DNA from: Catajapyx aquilonaris
Lineage: Eukaryota
Assembly: GCA_000934665.2 (NCBI GenBank)
Contig: KZ537984.1
Span: 186,001-250,000 of the forward strand
Length of the DNA: 64,000 bases
Direction of reading: 5' to 3'
Shown here: piece by piece, positions 53,715-64,000 of the stretch
How positions within the stretch are numbered: position 1 is the stretch's first letter
Layout of the letters: the number at the start of each line of letters is the position of its first letter
Notes under the pieces: generated by a model
The model's input: the letters and a program-made list of their open reading frames with translations, nothing else
Told to the model about the DNA's origin: nothing
The model's database searches: none
Position numbers and translations under genes: made by a program

Positions 53715-53812
53715 CAGAATTCTGTAAAACTGTTATTTTCCATAGTTATGTAAAACTGCTATTTTTCAGAGTTATGTAAAACTGTTATTCAGAATTACGT
53801 AAGACTATTATT
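53715..53812. repeat. minisatellite, 4 units of 23-26 bp (CAGARTTATGTAAAACTGTTATT core)
   Basis: Units at 53715-53740, 53741-53766, 53767-53789 and 53790-53812, with no unique spacers. Confidence 0.85.
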
Positions 53813-54609
53813 ATTAATTTTTGCACAGTTAGATTTAAAAATAATTACTTTTTACATCAAATGGATCTTAACTGCAGTACTTTAGAATAATTTATTGAAA
53901 ACACTTTTTCTTTCGCTCCAAAAAATTGTAGTCGTGAAACGAAATTGGGAAAGAGCCGCAATGGCAATTTGACTGTGTTTTGTGTAGTATCTCAGTTCCG
54001 ACGAAATTAAGCGCCGGAAATTTAGTTCGCGACAATAATTGGGATGAAACCACTCAGTCGGAAACATCTTACTCCGCCCCTAGTTAAATTAACAGTAGAA
54101 TACAACTGAACCCATTACTGTAACAGGCTCTTCCTTTGAATAGTCGCTCTTGCACGTGGAGCTGATGGCTGCTCTTTTCATTTGAAATGAAAAAAAGGAA
54201 GAAAAAAAAGCGAAGCAAAAGAAAGCGATTTAACCTAGTCCTCTTTGGGAATCACGTCTGACTCACTCGCAGTCATCACGCATGACGTCACAATCGGAAT
54301 GACTCGCAAGTACTCGTTTGATAGTCCTGCTGGTAAATATTCATGCTGGACCCCCGCACTTGTCAGTTTAATAACCACAAGGTTGCGAGGGTCATGCCCC
54401 GAGGCCACCCCTAGAAATCACTGGTGGACATGAATCAGGGCGTGACGCGAATAATTTATAACGCTGACTAATTTCGCGGGAGATGCCATTTTGTAAACAA
54501 GGCGTGACGTCCCAACTAGGCCTCCCCTTTTATTTCGACATGGGAGATAAACGTGGCAGGAAGAAGGTCGCTTTATTTGTCCGGCGCGCAAAGATAGGAG
54601 ATGGGAACA

Positions 54610-54634
54610 GGGGGGGGGGGGGGGGGGGGNGGGG
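54610..54634. repeat. poly-G tract (25 nt including an N at 54630)
   Basis: Read directly. The N suggests an assembly junction. Confidence 0.85.
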
Positions 54635-55485
54635 AAGAAGACTACCCATTTCTTGGCCACCCTATGGGCAATAACAAGTCCAAGTAAACTTACGTGATCG
54701 GGATCCACAAACTACTCCCCTGGCCCTATAGCTCCTCTCTTTCTTCTTCTTCTTCTTCTCCCCTCTTCTCTCTTCTCTCTTCTTCGTTTCCCCCCCTCCA
54801 ACCACACTCCTTCTTCAGGGGGGCTTTGATTCACTGCTATGTCACCCGTTAGTGATGCAGGGGAATCGGCCAAGCGTGATCCTATTAAGACGGAGCCGTT
54901 TCCTCGGGGGCAGCCCCCATATTTTGGCGGCCTGTTGACCACCAACTGCGGCAGGGATTCTCTCTTTTTTATCAGAGGAGGTCCAGTATAGTTGCCAGAT
55001 TTACTGGACATTCGTGGGTTTATAACTAACCGCGGTTTCCTCGTAAGGTGTCCGAAACCTAAATAGAACTGTGGGCGCGTGAATCTGAAATGCGATGGAG
55101 TCTCTATTTTATATGGTACTATCAAGGAGACGACAATAAAAGCTTCCGGCTTGATGCCGGACCCTGCTGGACATTGGAGTTGGAGTGTAGGCATTGCCAG
55201 CTGGAATATATAATAATATTTTCTTCATAATTTTGGCCGTTATATTATTACGGGGCGTGTTTTTTCGAGGATTCAGTTTGGCAGCAGATGGCAGTCCTGT
55301 GGAAAGTGCATACTGCTCTCTAAAGCGTGCCGGCGGCGATCCAAAGCGATCCCGCGCCTCTACCACGCCAGCTTATAATTCGGCAACGAACATGGTGCGG
55401 TGTTGCCATTTTCCCATTTTTAAAAACCTTCTTGGTTCACCTATATAGGATTTTTAACAGGCCGCGACAGCATTGTTGGCTTCCC

Positions 55486-55595
55486 TCGTGGCTGTAGTGA
55501 TCTAGCTGCTCAACCCTCTAGTGTTAATGTTGTGGGTGCCAGAAGCAAGGGCACTGCATGCTGATGTGTGAACCTTTGGCAGGACTGTATACCAC
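55486..55595 (+). mobile_element. degenerate tRNA-derived SINE relic with CORE-like segment
   Basis: TCGTGGCTGTAGTGATCTAGCTGCTC (A-box-like, same spacing as 9757), then TGTGTGAACCTTTGGCAGGACT (55565-55586), which resembles the CORE-SINE motif TGTGTGACCTTGGGCAAG. The B box is decayed. Confidence 0.35.
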
Positions 55596-58500
55596 ATTGG
55601 CGAAATACTTGCGAAATACAGTGTTGTTGTTTAGTGTCGCTAATGGTATTCAAATAGCTTTTGGTTTTGTGGCTAAGGAAGTGGCGGTTTCTCGGAAACC
55701 TTGCTTGGTTTAACTCTACTGCACTTGGCTTCCTGTGACTTTCGGATTAATGTTGTAGCGTCATGAAAACGTAAAAGGGCCCATTTCTTTAGGCTTGTAT
55801 CCTTAACAAAACGCTGCCATTTTTGCCACATATACATAGTGCAAATGGCAACTTTGAAAGAAAATCCGTTTGTCCAGCATATACCCTTGCTTCCGAAAGA
55901 TTAGCCTTCTCTTTCCCCTCCTTCTCAATTCAAGTCTTGAGCTCCCTCTATATTGTTACATCGGATAAACGATGCTTCCCTGCCTGCCGTGAATGGAAGG
56001 ATTTCCTCCCCAACAACTCGCATATCCAGAGGAAACTTGGAAATCCCCACAGGCTGACTCTACTTTCCCCCTTTTTTGTGAGAGTACGTGTGTGTCCGGG
56101 CACAGATTCCATTATTTGCTATTACTCTTTTGTTAGCCAGCCATTGTTGAAGATAAGATCGTACCATATACTGCAGAGCGTTACTTTGTGTTTATGTCCC
56201 GTCGGTCTCTCGCCAAAAAAGCGAGTCTATGCTGCATTCATGAGTCATCTCTCTGATGATACAGCGTGTCTATAGACAAAGCTTGAAGCCATAACTTTTG
56301 TGGCCGGAAGGTTTTGATTAGCCGCGACATGAGACCTGTCGTCGAAATTACTATTGTTCAGCTTGACCCTATACTTTTATTTTGGAAATTCATTTCGCGT
56401 CTGGTGAGAAGAGGCAGGGGAGAGAGAGAGAGAGAGAAAAAAGAGAGGCACTTCAATTGACAGCCCCCTTCTCGATTTTCATTCTGAACCATACTCCTAG
56501 CCTCCCACTTACAGATGAGAAGTGAAGAAATTCCCAAAAAGAAAGCGATTTGATATCGGCTCCCCCCGACGAGACGATCACCTTGGGACACGACAGAAGC
56601 GACAAATTGCGGTGGAAACTTTCAGGGCTCGCAGTACTCCGTGAGAGAAATGCAGTCAGACATTCGGGTTTCATTCGCTTCTCACCTCGGAAAGAAAAGA
56701 AATATAAAAAATATGTGCTACGTGGACTGGGTGTATAGTTTTCTGAAATCATATCCCCCCAGACAATGGAGGCGGGGGAGTAGTCAGGAAAAAAAGTAGG
56801 GTAACCAGTCGTGTCACACCTTTCATTGTCACCTGGACTTAAGCAACGTTTCCAATGCCCGTCATACACAGTTTCGTATGAGCGATACTGCTGGCTTGTT
56901 AGTGTGGATGCCTTACCCATGAGTAACGCATGTCGTTGTTATGCTAATTTAATCATTCCGAGTGAGTTCAGGGGAGATGATGTAAGTAACAAGCTTGTTA
57001 AGTCATGAATATCATTGGCATTTGCGAGTGTCACATAACTCATGAAAAATGACTGCTGCATAGCTTACTAAGAGATTATGGAAAGTTGATAATTATCTGA
57101 AAGATACAGCAATGCAAGCGGCTGGATTTAGGGTAACCATAGCAGTCGTAGATTCATCCGCCAACAAAAATACAGAAGAAAAATTGATCCCTAAAAGAAC
57201 AGAGAGGTTTTTGCAAACAGGTATTCCGGTACACCGGAACCTATAGTGTATATTACGCGAAATGACATAATGGAAGTTAGATCAAAGGCTTCAGGAACCC
57301 TTTTTTTCACTTCCGCGCAAACTCCTCGCACCTTCACACACAAAAGCATTAACAAGTTCAGTTTCATGAGCTCCAAACGGAGACTTTTCAGCTCCGTGAC
57401 GTGAAGATGAAATAAGAGGAAAAGCAATAGGTAGAAAAAATTCCCTTTGACGATAAATTATTTTCCTCCCCTTTTGTACAGTATCTCTCCAAAAGCGTCA
57501 GAAATTTCGCTTTCTTTCTCAACAGAATGAAATCAATCCCTCGCACTTCTGATTACAAACCAATAGAACAGTGGCCACTCTTTTGCTGAATCAGCCGAAC
57601 CGAGTTTGCGTCCAATTAAAACCAAGGTTTAAAACAAAATTGTGACGACTAATTACATGCCATGTTGAGTAAGCATTATTGAGTTGACTACAGACCATTA
57701 GTGACTCTTTCTGCGTGCTATAGAAAGACTCACTCGATCCGAAATTCAGTAAGGGATTGGATCCTCGGCCACATCTGGAATTCCCATAGCCCAAGTTTGA
57801 CAATCTGGATTGAGCGAAAGGGTGACTCGTTATGTCCCCCCCCTTTTTACCTTTTTCTTCATCCCCATCCACCACCCTCCCCCATCCACACTTTTCTTCT
57901 CTTTTATGTCTCTGCTTGTTTACCCAGTCAGCTCCCGCTCCGTGTGTGTGTCATAGGGAAGAGCGACAGGGCGCCTTGGCACACTTCAAGAAAAGCCCGT
58001 GAGTAAGATGGCGGCAAGTAAGGGGTGCCTTCTGCCACAGTACCAGGGAGACAGTGGAGAGCTAATATTTATTCTGGCCCGATTTTCCGCTTACTGCCGG
58101 AAGCTGTGATATTCGAGCCAAGGCGGAGGGAGAGGAGGGGACGGGGAGGAAAAGGCGTGGGAGGAGCCATCCCGTCTGTTGCCGGCTCACATTTCCCAAT
58201 TTCGTCGGATTATTGTGATCCTGGGTTTGCCTACTGTACCCACCCAGCACAGTTCCATACTGGTGCAAAAGGGGTATTAAATTTCGCCACCCTCACCTCC
58301 TATACTCACTCTCCCATTTCGCATGGCCGCGTTGTAATTAAATTTTAATTTTGTACACGCCACTTCAATTTTTTATTATTGTTGTTATTGCAACTCACGT
58401 GCTGGGGCGGACTGGAGGTGACCTGTATGCTGATGTGTATAGTTGGGCATGTTGCACTTTGCAGGGGGAAATTAGCTTAAAAGTTGGTGCGCGCGACATT

Positions 58501-58891
58501 GCGGGGGTGTTTACAGTGGTTCCAACAGTTTGGAGGTAAATGCAGCAGAAAGTGGTGACACTTTTGATGCAGTATTTTTAAAACTAAGAAACGTACAGGA
58601 CAAAAAAAAACTCAATCTGGCCAATATTTTGACGATTCAAAAGCCGATGATGATGTTAGTAAATTATCACCCAACAAAAATTCTCATTTAAAAAGTCAAT
58701 TTTTTATCAAAAAATTCCACGTTGACACATCGCTTGCCAATGAAAGCGTGTTAATGCAAGTCTATAACGAAAAGGAACAGCTCAATTGGGACATAAAATC
58801 ACTAGGATGTAAGATGCTGCTTGCCTGCATGTAACAATGCCAACTGAAAGGTATACTGGTCCAAGTACAGTACCTCTCATATTGTTACAAC

Positions 58892-58923
58892 TATAGAAAA
58901 ATATAGAAAAATATATAGAAAAA
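58892..58923. repeat. short tandem repeat (TATAGAAAAA)x3
   Basis: Read directly; one TA insertion before the third unit. Confidence 0.75.
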
Positions 58924-61900
58924 TATTCACACCGCAGCTGTTATGAAAATATTATCGCCTACAAGAATAGCAAAATAATGAGCGCTATACCCGTGCGGTT
59001 TGTGCAAAGTATATTCCTATTCATCATATTGACCTGTTTTGTTTGCGTAATTAATTCGCAAACTAAAATTTAACGCTCTGGATGCTTGTTGACTATTCTG
59101 ACGTATAGCGTAACCAGAACTGCAAAAGAATCTTGCTGGATGTGGGCATAGTCATTCAAACACGTGCAGAAGCATTGTGGATTTAAATGCCTGTTAGCCG
59201 ATAATGTGAATATGCAATGAGATGTTTATTAGCCTTCAAAACGGTTTGTTTTGCTCCAGAATAATTACATGATGAAGCTCTTGCAGCCTCCTCCGAGTTC
59301 ATAACTGGGACGGTACTGCACTTGATCATTACAAGTGTTGTTGCTATGAACGGTATGTAACATAAGTTATAGTAATAATGCGGGCATACCTTAACAATAT
59401 ATTTCTCCGTGTATGCCTAGGGCCCACTCTATAAAGCACTGGTGTGTAATACTGTACAAAGGGACTATACTCATATTTCAAATAGTTTGCATAGTTCCAT
59501 GCAGTGAGTTTTGAATCATGCTCTATTTTGGGGCACGCGAACATCTTCATTATTGCAGTAATGTGTATACAGGTATGTGATGAAAAAATTGGGTCATGCA
59601 ATTTATTCCATGCTTACATACTCCCCAATTACATGCTGATTGCTGAATTTAAATAATTGTACAAGTATATTGCAAACAAATGCGATTATATTCTATATGA
59701 AATGCAAAGCAGATTGACATTTGAAACATTCATGATTTTTTACAAACAATATTGCTTATTGCACATTTCAGTGTAATTAAACATATTTTATTAATTGTTG
59801 TGTACAGTATACAATACACTGCTACAAGAATGGATATATCGGAAACTTTTAGTAGCCTTTACTTCCGGAGAATCAGGGCTGTCAGCTCAGGTGAAAGACA
59901 GCTCGGCAAAGTTTGCACGCCCTTTCACCCCCCCCCCCCCTTTCCCTGAATCATCCCTTGTATTTGCATCCTTTTCACAACGCATGGGGATGAAATCGGC
60001 CCATACGTTTCAGAGATTTCAACCATACACCGATCCGGAATATGCGCAAAAGTTTTTGGATGGCGTCAGTGAAAGAAACGTTCTCCGAGAAACCAAGTGC
60101 TGTGTCAACACCCCCCAAAAAGAGCCAAAAGATAGATTTATATTTCGTTTCTTTTCCCGCGCGTTGGAGCCTCCAACTTCCCCCCCCTCCCCCCTCCCCC
60201 CCTCCAAATATTTCACGCGATTAGGTCGGAGGAATAAATATTTTCACTTTTCCGGAAGATTTTTCTTTTCCCCGCCCACCCACCCCGAAAAGCCTGTGCA
60301 AACTATGACAAAAAAGTAGGACAAAGCCATGGAGTTGTATTTAAATTACAGCCGGCGATTCATTTCTCTCGCCAGTCACGTTTCCAATATGGAACGCTGT
60401 CCAAATGCCAATAGCTAGGTGAGAGAGAGAACGAAAAAAAAAAAGTCATCTATATTTTAAGAGGTGCGGGGGAGATGCGGGACGTGACCCCGCCCAGTGG
60501 CCTCTGGGTATACCGGCTTCCCTGCCATGCATGCCCAGGTCAATTCACTCGAATGCCAAATTAGACCATAAAAATTCTGTTTCGAAAAAAAGGGGGAACC
60601 CCCCCCCCCCTTCCCAACACCTAGAGGGATCGAGGTAGAATTGTGCTCGTGACAAGGGAGTAACTTTTCTGTAAATCTCCCCATCCAGAAACTTTTGTGG
60701 ATATGTTTCCATAACGTGTCAACCACCCCGGGTATTACTAGGAGGGGAAAAGAGAAGCTTCCTCGTAGGAATATGGAAGAGAATGGAATGGGAGATTTGG
60801 GCTTGGGAAGTGTGGAGGGGGAAGGTTCGGTCCTCTCTTCTTTTTTTTTCATTTTCTAGGGAGGATGCATCTATGGCTAGAATTGAGCCATGCGGGAGAA
60901 AAGCCATATTAGAAAGTTGGGTGTTTCCCACCATGATGCTATGTACACGATTGAAATATTGCTCTAAACACTGATCGAATTAATAGTCAAATTAGCATCA
61001 TGTTAATAATATGAAAAATGTAGTACTGTCGCAATATTTTCTGTCTTTCAGTTTCACCTAATAAAAATGGCAGGTTCTAATTCGGTTTTGCGTACATTCC
61101 ATGGCCACCCTGAAAATTAGGATGTCCACAAAGCGTGACATCCTCGTTAAAGACTCGATATCAAAAACTGGCTACGTGTCACTTGTAAAATGGCCAAGTC
61201 ATGACTATCCCAGCACATTTTTTTTCCGCCACAAAATCAGATGAGAAATGAACAATAGCCAGCAGATGATTACTTTTCTTACGCGTGATTCAAATAATTG
61301 GGCCTTGTTTTTTTATATCTGGTTTCAAGATTGATGCTGCTCCAACGCGGGTGTAATGAAAAGAACTTTGGCAGCGCATATTTTAAGGCCTGATGAGCTC
61401 CAGTAGCAATTTACAGTTGACAATACGTCTGGGGCGTTGTGGACTCTTCCTATCATCCGGATGAATGGCTGGGTTAGTCGCTAGGAAGAGTTCCCAAACC
61501 TCCCACCAAAAAAAGTCTATCAGGTGTTTTGAATGCACTTTTTTGGAGAGTACATGAAAGCAAGGACAACAAAAGAGCAGGGCTGATTGGTTGCAGCTTT
61601 TTTTTCCCCCGCCGTCTATTCGTCTGCCATTCGTCTAAAACTCCCGAGCTCGTGTGTTTACTGCTGCACATCTACAGCCCCCGATAGTCCCGTGCAAATT
61701 GGAGCGAAACGCTATTTAGATAGCTAGGAGGATCAATGTTTTATAACACTCCTGTTGAGCTAGATTTGACCCTTTGGAGTGGTTTTTCCGAATGAATGAT
61801 TGGAGGGGAGGGTCGGATCCTCTAGTGTGCAATATCCAGTCCGAACAATAGCCTATCAAATATAATAGCGTCTGTAGTGTAGAGGCCCTAGTGTGTTGGA

Positions 61901-63360
61901 GCTTCCTGCCTGGTAATTGCGCTTCCAAACTTCTTATAGGTCTCGGATGAGTATCCGAGTTTACCGAAGCAGCCAGTAGGACTAGTATTCTAACTCGCAG
62001 GATCGAGAACTTTTTTAATTAAGGAGCATCCCCAATTTATTTTATTGGGGGCAGAGGCTTAGGATTCCTATACCAGCTCCTTTTTCTTCTTCTTCTCCAC
62101 CCTCACTCAAACTGACAAGAGGATTGAAACTCTGGCTTGATCAGCACCAAACGGAAAAAAGCCTTGGCTGTTGAAAGAAAAAGGCTGTCACTCGAGTTAT
62201 TCAGAAGGTTTGTTTGGCGAGTGTGGCCTGCTGAAGTCTCAGGTGCCCTAGAGGCCTTTCTCATATCACCTGCGCAAAATTAAAAGGCCCGGAAGCAATG
62301 TTCCTTGAAATGGTGGTCAGCTGACGTCGATTTACTGCTGGAAAATGCCCGCAAAGGGGGCAGTTTGTCCCGAGGAACGACCAGCAGGTGCCTGCCATTC
62401 CACTTTGCCCTTTGTGGGGATTTATTGTGTGCGTGTTACGGAAAGAGGAGGAGGGGGGGGATGAGAACAGGGGTGGAAATAGTGCTTCTGCAGGTTTAGC
62501 TCTATGGCCTATTTACCACCTCACTGGACCCAGAGGTGGATCCGCGTGAAACTTCACACTAGACCGTTATTTATAGTCAAACCCCCTTTCTATATCCTTC
62601 CTTAAAAATGCTGATACGCTGCGTTGGATGCACCTTGGCCGGTATAGTGTTAATTTGCGGGAGTTGAAAGACATGAAGATCAGTTAACCGAAGTAAACGT
62701 GGCAGTTTGGAGGAAAATTGCAGTTCATTTTACCGCTGCCAAAATGACCGTGTAAAACAACTATTGCGCTCTGGAAGTGTAAGATATACTCCTGATGTTC
62801 ATTCATCCCATGTATAGCCAGGAAATAATATTATTCCTATGCAATATTTATGAGGGTCATTTAACAATATTGACAGCGCCATTGTTGGTCGGATGGTATG
62901 GGATAAGCTCAGGGATTTATTAGCGCCACTGTGGTTACTCCGGAGCATTTTGGGCGCCCTAATCTAATGAACTAACTAGCGGTGAGAGCAAATGGTGTAA
63001 GAACACAGGTTGTTTTTTGCGCGGGTCCGATTTTTGCACCGAACCTGGCAGGATTTCAAGTCAGCGGGCTTCCCTCTCCATCTGATGGATTACTTCCTAT
63101 GATTCATCCCCGCTTGTCTTAGCACACATCCCTTTCGATCTCGAACACTCCCCAGCCGCATCTTTCATACCCTCTTCCACATCCCTCCCTATGAGCCACA
63201 TCCGACACGCAAAGTTTGCTAAGCAAAGACAATATTATAGATCATACATGCTGCGTGTCACATGCGCCCCTGATACAATCCCCATAGGATGCTGACCCCC
63301 CTCCTGGTCCCTATTGATAAGGATTGTCGTGGACCATTACATCGCCGAAGGAGGTGTATA

Positions 63361-63501
63361 CAGGGTTCTGTAATAATTTATGGGCACCATTTTTTTGTAG
63401 ATGGTCGAAGCTAACAGGATTCAAACACAGAATTGTTCGGTTTTTATCTGTAATATTAGTTCGGCACTAAAACGTTGTCGGTGCTATTTTGAGACACCCT
63501 G
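63361..63501. mobile_element. degenerate Tc1/mariner-type MITE, ~141 bp
   Basis: TA-CAGGGTTCT... at the left end and ...TTTTGAGACACCCTG at the right. The right end's reverse complement CAGGGTGTCTCA matches the left TIR of the 50537 element. Confidence 0.5.
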
Positions 63502-64000
63502 TTCTGCGTATGGGTCCATCAATTAGGCGGTCTTCTCTACTTGATGCTGGCTATACCCAGGGATGGTTAGAGAGAATGCGTCTTGTGCCACTTCATCCAG
63601 CAGCCAACCGAGCGTAGATACCAGGCTGACAGCCAGCAGCGATGCTGACGAGCGATTTCCTAATTAGTTATAAAGCCTGGCTGGTTTCGATTCATTAGGG
63701 CCAACAATCACTTTATTATGGGATGCTGCGAATGGGGAGTCGAGTCCAGAATCCCGCCCCGACGATTCCTAATGAACTGGGAAGATGGATTGTGAAGAGG
63801 GTCCCTTGTGGGAGGGAGGCTCTATTACAGCATCACTGCCGGAAGCTGGAGCTCCCAAATTTTTTTTTACAATCCATATTTATAGTACATAGAGTTTGAG
63901 CAGGGGGTGCAATGGGGGGTTATCGGAGCACACGGTTGCGAGGTTTAATTGTTTCAGGACGAGTTGTCAAGCGTGTAATGAAGCAGCGTCGCAATTACGA

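Noticed and set aside
53715..53812. CRISPR-like repeat array
   Set aside because: The units are head-to-tail with no spacers, there are no cas genes, and the context is eukaryotic.
55194..55448. Neuropeptide-precursor-like ORF (hydrophobic start, two KR sites)
   Set aside because: TTG start, no repeated or amidated peptide motif; likely chance.

Overview
Eukaryotic (invertebrate metazoan, possibly nematode) genomic DNA. The only coding sequence I can support is at the far left: the 3' part of a spliced NAA10/ARD1 gene (NatA catalytic subunit, GNAT family), exons 153-292 and 358-745 on the + strand, with the first exon upstream of the window. The remaining ~63 kb has no recognisable protein-coding sequence; the supplied ORFs are short, low-complexity and many start at TTG/GTG. 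It is either a gene desert or a very large intron. It carries small non-autonomous transposon relics: two PIF/Harbinger-type MITEs, several Tc1/mariner-type MITEs down to ~40 bp, a Helitron-like element and two tRNA-derived SINE-like heads. There are also micro/minisatellites and many G/C homopolymers. The most unusual signal is a kilobase-scale, reverse-complement-symmetric compositional wave (A/C-rich, then C/T-rich, then G/A-rich, then G/T-rich) that recurs across the non-coding region. I saw it by eye and hand-counted only a few windows, so it needs computational confirmation. I cannot claim a new biological system from this window.
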